A stretch of 45,228 nucleotides of DNA from Deltaproteobacteria bacterium. Its GTDB lineage: Bacteria; JAEEML01. Shown piece after piece: positions 8,286 to 18,350 of this stretch (its first letter is position 1; every line of letters begins with the position of its first letter). Made by a program: the position numbers and the translations under genes. Under the pieces are notes generated by a model that was not told the DNA's origin, searched no databases, and saw nothing but the letters and a program-made list of their open reading frames with translations. The stretch is taken from assembly GCA_016283195.1 (NCBI GenBank), contig JAEEML010000001.1, positions 1 through 45,228 on the forward strand. Direction: 5' to 3'.

Positions 8286-11165
8286 ATGGGTGAAATGAGG
8301 GAAAAAGTGAAGACGATAAGACATTTTAAATACTTTATAACGCTTTCAGCAGCTCTTTTGGTTTTTTGCACCTGCGCCCCGGCCGAAGCCCAGTTTTGGG
8401 ACTTTTTCAAAAACGCCGGCAAAGAGGCTAAATACGATTTCAAAGAAGCCGAGCTTTTAAGCCAGGTTATCATCTATGTGCGGGAGAATTATGTAGAGCC
8501 TAGCAATATAAAACCGCGCGATATGTTCCTAAAATCACTGGAATATATTGAGCTCGAAGTGCCGCAAATTCTCGTCAATGCCGAAGGTGCTCCGGAGCGG
8601 GTCATCATCTCCTCGGGAAAAACTAAAGAAGCCATAAACATCAGCGATTTGGATCACCCTTGGCAAATAACCGTGCATATTCGCCAGGTTTTTCGCTTTA
8701 TCAGCGAAAACATTAAACTCAGCGAAAAAGAACAGCGCAATGTGGAATATGCGGCCATCAACGGTATGCTGGCCACCTTGGATCCCCACAGCGTCTTTTT
8801 AACTCCCAAGAATTTTAAAGAGGTTAGCGTCTCCACCAGCGGCGAATTCGGCGGGCTGGGTATTGTCATCTCCATCCGCGATAATGCTCTCACTGTCATT
8901 TCTCCCATCAGCGGCACTCCGGCCGCCAAAGCCGGCATCAAAGCCCAGGACAAAATCACCCGCATAGGCGATGAATCCACCGTCAATATGGCTCTCGATG
9001 AAGCTGTCGAACGCCTTAGAGGCAAAAGAGGCACCAAAGTTTCTATTTGGGTACTGCGTGAAGGCTGGTCGGCACCGCGCAAATTTGTTTTAACCCGCGA
9101 TATCATCAAAATCCAGAGTGTCTCTTCCAAACTTCTCTCCAATGGCATCGGTTACTTGCAAATCAAGAGCTTTCAGCGCAATACTTTTGACGATTTAACC
9201 AGGCATATCACCACAATGCGTAAAGCAAGCGGCAAAAAAGAGCTTACAGGCCTCATTCTCGATTTGCGCAACAACCCGGGCGGTCTTTTGGATCAAGCTA
9301 TTTATGTAGCTGATTTCTTTTTAAAAGATGGCGCCATTGTCATCACCGAAGGCGGCGGTAAAAAGCAAGTTGAAGAAGCCGAAAATCAAGGTTATGAGCC
9401 AAGTTGCCCCATTATTGTGCTAATGAACGGCGGTAGCGCTTCGGCTTCCGAAATTGTGGCCGGCGCTCTAAAAAATCACAAACTGGGCCTCGTAATGGGG
9501 CAGCAATCTTTCGGCAAGGGCACCGTGCAGATTCTCTATGACGATTTTGCCGATAAATCAGCCTTAAAACTCACTGTTGCCCAGTATTTAACGCCCGGCA
9601 ACATCTCCATCCAGGGTGTCGGCATCACACCTGATATTGTGCTCTCACCGCTTTCAACCGAGAAAGATGGCCTACACCTCTCCCATGATTCGGTTTTTCT
9701 GCGGGAATCCAATCTTGAACACTCCTTAAGCAGCGACAAAACCGAGCAAGCCAAAGCAGCACGTCCGGCTTTAACTGTTGATTATTTATATAAAAAACTA
9801 TCAGATGAAGAAGAGGCAAAACGCAATAATAACGATGAATTCGTCTCCGACACCGAAATAGAGATCGCCCAAAAACTGCTTTCTTCATTAAAAATAAGGC
9901 CGGCAACCAAAGCCACTATTCTTCAAGAAGCTGCCGACATTATGACTAAAGTAAGCAGCGATGAGGAAACAGCCATAGCCGAGAGCTTGCGTAAACTGGG
10001 CATCGACTGGCGCACCTGCCCGGAGGCCAAAGATCTACCGGCCGGTCAATTTAAAGCCGATGTTTTATTTAGTATTAATCCGGTTGACAAAGAAGGCAAT
10101 CCCATAGCGCGCAAAGAGCTTATGGCCGGCGATTCGCTAAAACTTAATGTTAAAGTTAAAAATACCGGGAAAGCCCCCTTCTGCCGTTTAAGAGCCAAAA
10201 CCAAAGCCGATAGCGGCTTATTTAACCGCCGGGAGTTCGTTTTTGGCTACCTGCCGGCCGGAGCCAGCGGCAGCTGGGATTACACTGTCGAAGTGCCCAG
10301 TGATACTTATGCCTGGAATGAGCTGGTGGAGCTTAGTTTTGAAGAAGACAATAATCATATACCGGCTCACCCCGGCCTCCAAGTGGCTATTAAAGAAATA
10401 GCATCGCCACAATTTTCCATGCAATATCGCCTGGTTGAAAAAACCGGCAATGGCGACGATCTCCTGGATGTTGGCGAACGGTTTGATTTGGAACTCATGG
10501 TGAAGAATATCAGCATCAGCAATGCCGAAAATGTCACTGTGGCCATGAAAAACGAAGGCGGCAAAGAGCTCTTTTTGGATATCGGGCGCTTTAATTTGGA
10601 AAAACTTGCCCCAAACGAAACCAAAAAAGCCACATTGTCCTTCGAGGTGCGTGAGGCGGCTATTGATGGCGCACATATTAAGCTGAGTGTTTTTGATACC
10701 CACTCCGGAGAATACCTGACAGAGGAATTCAAATGGCCAATTCAAACGCTAAAGGCCAAAGACACCGGCAAACCGGCACCTATTCCCGCTTTCTCGGCAC
10801 CTATTGATGCGCCCAGTATCAGCCTGCCAGCCGAACTGCTCGGCAGTTATACAGATAAAGAATCCATAACTGTAAGCGGCGTTGTTAATGATAAAGACCC
10901 GCCACTCGATGTTTACATTTTTGTAAATAATCAAAAATCTTTTTACAGCTCTTTAGAAAACTATAATTCGGATGCCAATAAAAAGTACCGGGCAACTTTT
11001 GATGCCAACTTGCAGCTCAAAGAGGGGCCCAATATCATCACTATTATTGCCCGGGAGAGCAAAACGCTCATAAGGCGCAAAAGCTTTACCGTTTATCGGC
11101 AGCGCAAAGGGCCCAGAGTGGAAAACGAAGAGAGCTTTTTATTGCAAAACAGCCTGATGCCTTAA
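8286..11165 (+). CDS. S41-family C-terminal processing protease with PDZ domain and long C-terminal extension (MXAN_5808-like)
   Basis: TLDPHS, GEFGGLGI, LILDLRNNPGGLL, GSASASEIVAGAL (catalytic Ser), SFGKGTVQ (Lys), QYLTPG, GITPDI, then ~400 aa of beta-rich domains. Exact start codon uncertain. Confidence 0.88.
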   Translation: MGEMREKVKTIRHFKYFITLSAALLVFCTCAPAEAQFWDFFKNAGKEAKYDFKEAELLSQVIIYVRENYVEPSNIKPRDMFLKSLEYIELEVPQILVNAEGAPERVIISSGKTKEAINISDLDHPWQITVHIRQVFRFISENIKLSEKEQRNVEYAAINGMLATLDPHSVFLTPKNFKEVSVSTSGEFGGLGIVISIRDNALTVISPISGTPAAKAGIKAQDKITRIGDESTVNMALDEAVERLRGKRGTKVSIWVLREGWSAPRKFVLTRDIIKIQSVSSKLLSNGIGYLQIKSFQRNTFDDLTRHITTMRKASGKKELTGLILDLRNNPGGLLDQAIYVADFFLKDGAIVITEGGGKKQVEEAENQGYEPSCPIIVLMNGGSASASEIVAGALKNHKLGLVMGQQSFGKGTVQILYDDFADKSALKLTVAQYLTPGNISIQGVGITPDIVLSPLSTEKDGLHLSHDSVFLRESNLEHSLSSDKTEQAKAARPALTVDYLYKKLSDEEEAKRNNNDEFVSDTEIEIAQKLLSSLKIRPATKATILQEAADIMTKVSSDEETAIAESLRKLGIDWRTCPEAKDLPAGQFKADVLFSINPVDKEGNPIARKELMAGDSLKLNVKVKNTGKAPFCRLRAKTKADSGLFNRREFVFGYLPAGASGSWDYTVEVPSDTYAWNELVELSFEEDNNHIPAHPGLQVAIKEIASPQFSMQYRLVEKTGNGDDLLDVGERFDLELMVKNISISNAENVTVAMKNEGGKELFLDIGRFNLEKLAPNETKKATLSFEVREAAIDGAHIKLSVFDTHSGEYLTEEFKWPIQTLKAKDTGKPAPIPAFSAPIDAPSISLPAELLGSYTDKESITVSGVVNDKDPPLDVYIFVNNQKSFYSSLENYNSDANKKYRATFDANLQLKEGPNIITIIARESKTLIRRKSFTVYRQRKGPRVENEESFLLQNSLMP

Positions 11166-11311
11166 GGAACCCATTCCAGCCTCTGGCGTCTTCTCCGGCC
11201 TAAGCCCGGGGGCAGTGCCAAGTTTTAGATATTCTGCCATTTTGGCATTGCTCTTGCTCCTTATTTATGATTAGCAAAGAGAGCCAGAATCATTGGTTTT
11301 AGGAGTATCTG

Positions 11312-12379
11312 GTGAACTTTCATAATGTTGTTATTCGTTCTTTTGGTTATAAATTGCCCCCAAGTGTTGTCACTTCGGCGGCTATAGAAGAGCGCCTGGC
11401 GCCCTTTTACCGCGCACTCCACCTGCCCAAAGGTCAGCTGGAAGCCATCACCGGCATCAAAGAGCGGCGCGAATGGGCAGAGGGGCAAACACTCTCGGCA
11501 GCGGCAGCTTATGCCGCTAAAATTGCCCTCATGCGGGCCCCAATCGACCCGGCCCTCATCGGCGGCCTGGTTTATGGCGGCGTCTCCCGCGAGGAAAACG
11601 AGCCGGCAACAGCAATTCATGTGGCCGCGGCTCTCGAGGAGATGGGTATAAGAATCTCACCCAATGCCGAAATCTTTGATATTTCCAGTGCTTGTCTCGG
11701 AGCTATGAACGGCCTTTTAGAAATGGCCAGGCGCATAGAGAGCGGGGAAATAGAAGCCGCTCTTGTTGTCTCGGCCGAAAGCTCGCGGGAAATCTTGCGC
11801 GAAGCTATAAAGCGCATGAATAGTGAGCCTACACTCGAGCTCTTTCGTTATGGGGTGGCCACACTCACCGGCGGCTCCGGCGCCGTTGCCATGGTGCTGA
11901 CGAGCAAAAAACTGGCCGCCGGAGAGGGGCACGCCATTTTTGGCTCTACTCTGCGCACCGCCCCCAAATATCACCTGCTCTGCCGCTGGGGCATGGAGCC
12001 GATAAATAAAGAAGAAGCCCCGCTCTTCCGCCCCTTTATGCGCACCGATTCCGTTGCTGTTTTGGAACATGGTGTGGAGCTGGGGGCGGCAACTTTTGCC
12101 CAATTTTGCCTGGAACAAGGGCTAAAGGCCACTGATATAGAGCGCACAATTTGTCACCAGGTGGGTTCAGCCCATCGCGATACTATTATGAAAACTTTGG
12201 GTCTTAAGCCGGAAAATGACTTTGTTGCCTATGATTATTTAGGTAATACTGGTACAGTGGCTTTGCCGCTGGCTGCGGCCATAGCTGCGGAGCGCGGCTT
12301 TTTGCAAAAGGGGCAAAAGGTGCTCTTTATGGGCATTGGCAGCGGGCTTAACTGCTTGATGATAGGAGTTGATTGGTGA
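11312..12379 (+). CDS. oleA: OleA-like 3-oxoacyl-ACP synthase III / head-to-head condensing enzyme
   Basis: TGIKERREW, SREENEPATA (OleA-type Glu), SSACLG (Cys), TLTGGSGAVA, ICHQVG (His), LGNTG (Asn), GIGSGLNC; directly followed by oleB. Confidence 0.85.
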   Translation: MNFHNVVIRSFGYKLPPSVVTSAAIEERLAPFYRALHLPKGQLEAITGIKERREWAEGQTLSAAAAYAAKIALMRAPIDPALIGGLVYGGVSREENEPATAIHVAAALEEMGIRISPNAEIFDISSACLGAMNGLLEMARRIESGEIEAALVVSAESSREILREAIKRMNSEPTLELFRYGVATLTGGSGAVAMVLTSKKLAAGEGHAIFGSTLRTAPKYHLLCRWGMEPINKEEAPLFRPFMRTDSVAVLEHGVELGAATFAQFCLEQGLKATDIERTICHQVGSAHRDTIMKTLGLKPENDFVAYDYLGNTGTVALPLAAAIAAERGFLQKGQKVLFMGIGSGLNCLMIGVDW

Positions 12380-13266
12380 CAGCCGAATATCCCTTTGAAA
12401 GCCACTTTTTTAATAATAACGGCTTTAAATATCATTACCTGGATGAGGGCAGCGGCCACCCGGTAGTAATGGTGCACGGCAACCCCAGCTGGTCATTCTT
12501 TTACCGCCATTTGGTAGAAAAACTCGCCGCCGCCGGCTATAGAGCCATCGCCCCAGACCATATCGGCTGCGGACGTTCAGACAAACCGGCGGCCAGCGAT
12601 TATCCCTATATTTTAGAGCGGCGGATTGCCGATTTAGATAATTTTATTAATCACTTAGGCCTAAAAAAACTCACTCTTGTCGTCCACGACTGGGGCGGCA
12701 TGATCGGCCTCTCCTGGGCGCTTAAACACATGGATAAAATTGCCTCTTTTATCATCATGAATACCAGCGCCTTTCCCCTGCCCCAAAGTAAGCCATTTCC
12801 TTGGACTATTGCCCTGGCGCGCACTCCGCTACTGGGCGATATTTTGGTCAAAGGAGGCAATGCTTTTGTTAGAGGTGCCACCAAATATTGCGTCAAAAAG
12901 CCCATGGCCAAAGAAATTGCCGCCGCTTACCGTGAGCCCTATGACAGCTGGTCTCATCGGGTAGCCGTGCGCGAATTTGTGCGCGATATTCCTCTTAATC
13001 CCTGTGACACGAGTTGGCATATTGTGCACGAAACTTCCAAGCTCATGCCGCATATTATGGATGTCCCGGCCCTCTTGCTCTGGGGCGAAAAGGATTTTGT
13101 CTTTGATAAACATTTTTTAGCCGAGTGGCAAAAAAGGCTGCCTGATTTGGAATGCCACACCTTCCCCCAGGCCGGCCATTACTTACTGGAAGATGCCTTT
13201 GCTGAAATATGGCCCTTAATAGAAAAAGCGCTAGCGCCTTTCTCTATTTCCGGGGAGGCTACCTAA
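12376..13266 (+). CDS. oleB: OleB-like alpha/beta hydrolase (haloalkane dehalogenase-like beta-lactone decarboxylase)
   Basis: GTGA overlap with oleA; YPFESHF, HYLDEG, VHGNPSWSFFYR, PDHIGCGRSDKP, VHDWGG, FVRDIP, WGEKDFVFD, AGHYLLED. Confidence 0.85.
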   Translation: MTAEYPFESHFFNNNGFKYHYLDEGSGHPVVMVHGNPSWSFFYRHLVEKLAAAGYRAIAPDHIGCGRSDKPAASDYPYILERRIADLDNFINHLGLKKLTLVVHDWGGMIGLSWALKHMDKIASFIIMNTSAFPLPQSKPFPWTIALARTPLLGDILVKGGNAFVRGATKYCVKKPMAKEIAAAYREPYDSWSHRVAVREFVRDIPLNPCDTSWHIVHETSKLMPHIMDVPALLLWGEKDFVFDKHFLAEWQKRLPDLECHTFPQAGHYLLEDAFAEIWPLIEKALAPFSISGEAT

Positions 13267-13267
13267 A

Positions 13268-14998
13268 ATGGCCGCTGCAAAAGAAGAAAAAGCTCCAGCT
13301 GCAGCCGAAGAACCCAATGATGCCCAAAACGGTATTCAAACTGCTTGGGAAAATCACTGGGGGCCTAGCACCCTCTTTCCCATTCACCGCAGCGAGCGCC
13401 TCTATAGCGCCAAAGATTTTCTTTTGCTCGGCTTTATAACTGCCGCACCAATAAGTATGCTGTCCCTAAATAGCGCCCTGCCGCTCTCCCCTTTGCAGCG
13501 GTTACTGGCCATGGCTATTACCGCGCTTTTAGCCACTTGCCTACTTATGCCGCTGGCCAAAATATCCTCGGCCTACGGCCTCGCGACGCCCATTCTTTTA
13601 TCGAGCCTTTTAGGGATAAACGGCGCCAAGGTGCTTAGTGCCCTGCGCGCACTTTGGGCTTTTTTCTTTTTTGCCGAAATAACTGTGGCCATGGCTCTAC
13701 TCATTAGCGGCTTTTGCACCGCTATTTGGCCTAAAGCGCACATTTTACCCTTTGACATCTGGCACTTGCATCTCTCGTTAGACACTTTGCTAATAGCCTT
13801 TATCTTATTGTTTTTACAGTTTTTTATATTAAAAAAAGGCATAGCTGTATTAAGGCGTTTTACTTTCATCAGCGCCATTGCTCTCAACACCGGCCTCGCC
13901 ATTTTAGCTATTTGGTTACTGTATAACTCTAAAACCGGCGAAGCTGCTTTTCAAGAGCCTGCCACCTTGGGGTTTGATATATCTAATTTTCTTGGATTTA
14001 TTACATATTCTTTATTAATACTCACTCCTTTTATTTTTTCTTCTCCGGACTATTTCCGCTATGCCCAAAAGAAATCTTCACAAGCGGCTATCTTTATCGG
14101 CCTGGGGCTTCTTGCGGGCTTTTTGCTTATCTTTGGCACCAATGTTCTTGTTTCACAATATATGCACCTGCCGCCAAGCACCACAGAGCCTCTAAAGTGG
14201 CTGCTTGTCGCTTATAATCCTTTAATCAGCTCTTTGGTGCTGGCTGCTCTTACCTGCGCCATACTGGCTTTTAATCTTTTGGTCAACGGCCATGTAGCGG
14301 CTGTCAGCGCCGTCTTTTGGCGCCCGGAGCGCAGCCTAAAACCCTGGTACATTGCCCTCCTCATTACCTTTTTGCCTTTTTACTTTTTGCACTGCTCTTT
14401 TATCTCTTTGGAAAACCATAGCGCTTTCCTCCTGGCCTTTAGCTCAATGCTTTGGTGCACAGCCTGGCTTTTGGTCTTTCACATTGCCTTTATAAAAAAG
14501 TATCAACTGATTCTGGATAAGCTCTACTATGAACCGCGGCGCCTGCTTGATGGTTTTAAAAAAGCTGCTTTTGCCACTGTTATTTTAGTGTTTTTCTTGG
14601 CATTTTTTATCTTTAGCATAAAAACATACCATAAGCCGGCCCAAATGCTGGTCTCGTTCTCTATCATCTGGATTCCTATTTTGGCGGTTATTACCCACTT
14701 GCTCAGTTATTTATTGCCCAATCGGCTATCCAGCGCTTATAACAAGCGAAAAATTGCCCGCACGCCACTTGACAGGCGTCCCACCCCGGATCATCTACCC
14801 GGCAAAAATCTGCGCGACCTTGAACGCGGCCCCATGCCGACGCCCATGGATTCCGAAGAATCGCGCACGGCGGTTATTATGGACCGCATGAAACGGCGCC
14901 AAGAAGCGGAAGAAGAACGCGAAGCCGAATCCCGTGTGAAGAATCTGGGCGACCGGCGCGGCAATATCAATAAAAACGTCAAATCTTGGCTGGAGTAA
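13268..14998 (+). CDS. Divergent NCS1 (nucleobase:cation symporter-1)-like membrane protein with charged C-terminal tail
   Basis: About 12 hydrophobic segments. YGLATPILLSSLLGINGAKVLSALRAL and PDYFRYAQK resemble the NCS1 motifs YGIPFPV..R..FG..GA....LRA and PDFTRY. Confidence 0.6.
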   Translation: MAAAKEEKAPAAAEEPNDAQNGIQTAWENHWGPSTLFPIHRSERLYSAKDFLLLGFITAAPISMLSLNSALPLSPLQRLLAMAITALLATCLLMPLAKISSAYGLATPILLSSLLGINGAKVLSALRALWAFFFFAEITVAMALLISGFCTAIWPKAHILPFDIWHLHLSLDTLLIAFILLFLQFFILKKGIAVLRRFTFISAIALNTGLAILAIWLLYNSKTGEAAFQEPATLGFDISNFLGFITYSLLILTPFIFSSPDYFRYAQKKSSQAAIFIGLGLLAGFLLIFGTNVLVSQYMHLPPSTTEPLKWLLVAYNPLISSLVLAALTCAILAFNLLVNGHVAAVSAVFWRPERSLKPWYIALLITFLPFYFLHCSFISLENHSAFLLAFSSMLWCTAWLLVFHIAFIKKYQLILDKLYYEPRRLLDGFKKAAFATVILVFFLAFFIFSIKTYHKPAQMLVSFSIIWIPILAVITHLLSYLLPNRLSSAYNKRKIARTPLDRRPTPDHLPGKNLRDLERGPMPTPMDSEESRTAVIMDRMKRRQEAEEEREAESRVKNLGDRRGNINKNVKSWLE

Positions 14999-15028
14999 TT
15001 ACCAACACAAGGATTAAGGAGGTATTTC

Positions 15029-18000
15029 ATGCGTTCAGTAAGTTCTGGCAATATAATAGCTGCTCCGGCTCCAAACTTTAACGAAATTACCCAAAAAGTG
15101 GGCTCGCAGGAAGAGTTTTCCCAAGAAAAAGCCCAGGGTATCGCCGGCGATATAAAAGCCTTTGTCAGTACCGAACAAACTATCACTCCGGAACAAGCAC
15201 AAAAGCTCCTTTCTATTGTAGCTAATCTGGAAAAAGCCGGCATAAAAGATCTAGCCGAAGTAAAAGCTTCTCTCACCACTTTGGCTAAGCCGCAAGATGG
15301 AGTCAAAGCCCCCCAAAAAGATCCGCCGCCAGTGAATAAAGCTTTTGTAAAAGATGCTGAGCCCAAAGGCGCTATTATTAACGATGTCAAAGCCGAGATT
15401 ATCGGCGGACTGGAAGAGCTTGAAGCTGAGCCGGAGCTAAAAAAAGCCAAGAATATCAGCACAGACAAGCTGCTTATAAGCTCCATTAAAAGCCTCGATT
15501 TTGTAAAACCGACCCACTCCGGCCTGGATAACTTTTTGCGCGGCCTGAAAAATTTCATCAAAAACATCTTTACTCCTTGGATTCATTACAAAACTTTGGG
15601 CGAAGAAGATCTTGCCAAACGGGCAGCCGAGTTTGGTAAACAAAATAGCCGCCTGATTTGGCAGCTTATGCGCGAAGGCAAAGAGCAAAAGGTGGTAAAT
15701 GCCCTCACCTATTATATAGATGAAGCTAATCACAATATGAGCTCGGGCGAAGTTTTGCAGGCCGTCGATGTTATGATGGGCCAGTTTAAAAAGGCGGCAA
15801 AAAGCTGGCAAAAAGAAAATCTCGATTATATTAGTGACCTCCCCAAAGGCCACCCGAGCAAGATGTTCTTAAAAGAGTCTTTGCCGGCAATCGCCAAGAA
15901 ATACGATATTAACCTTAGCGGCATCAGTGCCGATGTGGAAAGGCGCATCACCGATAACATTTTAGACCGCCTGAAAACAGCGGATGAGATTATCCCCGAA
16001 GAGCAATTTGCCGAAACAGCGCAGCGTATCATCAGCGAAGAGCTAAAAGCGGCAAAAGAGATCACCGAGGCCACGAAAAAAGGCCATGTTTTGGCTGAGA
16101 TAAAAGAGCCCAAAACCACTAACGACTATGTCAATAATTTGTGCAGTATGCTGGCCAAGGGGATCCCGGATTTAGACACCTTTTTGGCCCAAAATCATGC
16201 CGCCAGCATGGCTATCTATAAAGATAGCGCCGCAAAATTCCTCGAAGTTTTAAAGAATAAACCACACAAGGAATATGGCCCGGATGATCAATTGTGGGAT
16301 AAGCAGCAAATGCTCACCGCCTTTTTGCATAATCTCTCTGATGAACAGCTAAAGGCCATCGCTACGACTCTAACCTCGCCAACTTATGAAGCTTTATGCG
16401 ATGATATATATCGCGCTTATGATCATTTGGACGGCCACCGTGTAGATCCATATGATGCCCGGGCAGCAAAGCTTTACAAAAAAGATATGGAAACATTGCG
16501 AATTCTTCAAGTTGCCGTTTCCGAACTGATGCAAAAACGCGGTATCGCCGAAGGCTTTAACTTTGAGCCTAAGGCAGCTAAAAATGAGAATACTTATAGC
16601 TTTTTGCAAGATTATGTTGCTGCTTTCACCGGAAGCATCCGGCTAGAAACTAAGGCCACTTTTGAGGAATACACCGATGAGATTTTGAAAGGCATCATTT
16701 CACCGGAAACAAGCGAGGAACAGCTGGAAAATCTTTTTATGGAGATGCGCCTCTCCTTTGACGAAGGGCTCGTGGATGAAGAAAAAATAATGCTGCAGAT
16801 CCAGGAAGATTTTAACAGCTACTTTAGCACTATGCTAGGCGAGCGCATAAAACACCTGGGCGCCCAGGATCTTTTGACTCTCTATCGCGGTATAAATAGC
16901 CCAAAATTTATGACTCTGCGCATTAAAGCCAATCATGACCTAGGTGAGACCGGCGACCCGCGCAAAGGCATGTTGCTAAGTTCTCTAAATATCATCGAGG
17001 AAATGGTAAATATGGAAATAGCCGAAAGAGCTATTTTTAATAACGAAAAGAAGAGCGACGGCCTCACCGGCCAGCAGGCAGCCATTTTGGCGAGTGCCGA
17101 CCAGGCCGGCTTTAAGCAAGAGCTTTCGGAGCAAAAAGATGAATTTTTGGCCGGAAAAGCCGGCGAGTGGCAAGACAGCACAGCTGAAGAAGACCACAAA
17201 ATGCAGGAACAATACGGCATTACCCCGGCGCAGTTTCAAGAAGTTATCGATAGCACAGATTTCACCATCAATATACCGCCCTCACTCATTTTTGGCAATG
17301 ATTCGCCCTTCTTTAAAAACGGCAAATTACAACCTGAGGCACTAAAGCTCAAAAACGTCTTTCAGCTCCCCAATGACGAACGCGGAGATTTATACAAAAA
17401 GCGGCGCGTTGTCACTGAACAAGCGCTTTATCCGCAAATGAAAAGTTTTGAAAAGAGCGAGGATCCCAAAGCCGAAAATCACCCCATTTCCGGCGCTCTC
17501 AATATCGGCAAGCTGGAAGACGGCGCGGCAGCAAGCTACAGCCAGGATCTAACTACATGCCATGTTGTGCTGAAAAATGAGGTTAAAAAACGCACCCGCT
17601 TTACCCCGCGTGATGCCTTCCACTCGCTGCGTTTGCAAATAAATGATAAAAACATCGCCAAAATGCGCAACTTGCTGAAAGAGGTACGCGCCGGCACTTC
17701 AAAATACGGCCAATTCACTCCGCAATTTGCGGCGCAGTTTGATGATGCGGCTATAGAAGCCTTTCTTAATGATCTAAACACCTCTTTTCCCAGCAAAACC
17801 CTGGTTCTGGGCTCCAAAGAATTTCGCGGTGACCGCCTGGACCTCATCGTTCAGGACCGCATAAAGCTTAAAACCGACGATGACAAAAACGGCAACAACC
17901 AAGAATTAATAGCTCTATTAACCCTCATGGCTTTTACCGAAAAGAGCTCCGATGTACCGGTTAGCCTGGATAACATCAAAAAACTATTTAAATATCGCAA

Positions 18001-18220
18001 TGATATGTATAAGGGCATTGCCGAAATGGCTAATGACCCCGATAATTCCACCTTCTCCTTTAATGATTATATAGAGGGCGAAATCTTTGGCGGTGTCGAT
18101 CTCACTAAAGATATTACGGAAATCGTCTTTAACTCCTTTAGACCCCAAGATTTTCCCGACTATAAAGACCGCGTTGCCCAGCTGGAAAAAATCGGCATAA
18201 AAGTAACCGTAAAGATCTAA
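15029..18220 (+). CDS. Large putative effector/toxin, copy 1, with C-terminal DUF3626/OspC-like NAD-dependent domain
   Basis: AAGGAGG RBS; no Sec signal; helical N-terminal two-thirds. C-terminal motifs FTINIPP, LKNVFQ, RRVVTEQALY, HPISGALNIG, GAAASY, HVVLKNEVKKRTRFTPRD, YIEGEIFGGVDLTKDI. Confidence 0.7.
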   Translation: MRSVSSGNIIAAPAPNFNEITQKVGSQEEFSQEKAQGIAGDIKAFVSTEQTITPEQAQKLLSIVANLEKAGIKDLAEVKASLTTLAKPQDGVKAPQKDPPPVNKAFVKDAEPKGAIINDVKAEIIGGLEELEAEPELKKAKNISTDKLLISSIKSLDFVKPTHSGLDNFLRGLKNFIKNIFTPWIHYKTLGEEDLAKRAAEFGKQNSRLIWQLMREGKEQKVVNALTYYIDEANHNMSSGEVLQAVDVMMGQFKKAAKSWQKENLDYISDLPKGHPSKMFLKESLPAIAKKYDINLSGISADVERRITDNILDRLKTADEIIPEEQFAETAQRIISEELKAAKEITEATKKGHVLAEIKEPKTTNDYVNNLCSMLAKGIPDLDTFLAQNHAASMAIYKDSAAKFLEVLKNKPHKEYGPDDQLWDKQQMLTAFLHNLSDEQLKAIATTLTSPTYEALCDDIYRAYDHLDGHRVDPYDARAAKLYKKDMETLRILQVAVSELMQKRGIAEGFNFEPKAAKNENTYSFLQDYVAAFTGSIRLETKATFEEYTDEILKGIISPETSEEQLENLFMEMRLSFDEGLVDEEKIMLQIQEDFNSYFSTMLGERIKHLGAQDLLTLYRGINSPKFMTLRIKANHDLGETGDPRKGMLLSSLNIIEEMVNMEIAERAIFNNEKKSDGLTGQQAAILASADQAGFKQELSEQKDEFLAGKAGEWQDSTAEEDHKMQEQYGITPAQFQEVIDSTDFTINIPPSLIFGNDSPFFKNGKLQPEALKLKNVFQLPNDERGDLYKKRRVVTEQALYPQMKSFEKSEDPKAENHPISGALNIGKLEDGAAASYSQDLTTCHVVLKNEVKKRTRFTPRDAFHSLRLQINDKNIAKMRNLLKEVRAGTSKYGQFTPQFAAQFDDAAIEAFLNDLNTSFPSKTLVLGSKEFRGDRLDLIVQDRIKLKTDDDKNGNNQELIALLTLMAFTEKSSDVPVSLDNIKKLFKYRNDMYKGIAEMANDPDNSTFSFNDYIEGEIFGGVDLTKDITEIVFNSFRPQDFPDYKDRVAQLEKIGIKVTVKI

Positions 18221-18275
18221 GCGGACCGATAAAATTGCTCTCTTTATTTCCCTGGTAGAACAATTAAACTTCCTG

Positions 18276-18304
18276 CTGACATCCCCATGTTTTTATGCTA
18301 CAAT
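18276..18304 (+). promoter_or_regulatory. Sigma70-type promoter upstream of the second paralogue
   Basis: CTGACA-17 bp-TACAAT with an extended -10 TG, ending 46 bp before ATG 18351. Confidence 0.55.
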
Positions 18305-18350
18305 TCCCTAGCTTTTTGCCGCTTTATGGCAACATTTAAGGAGCTATTTC

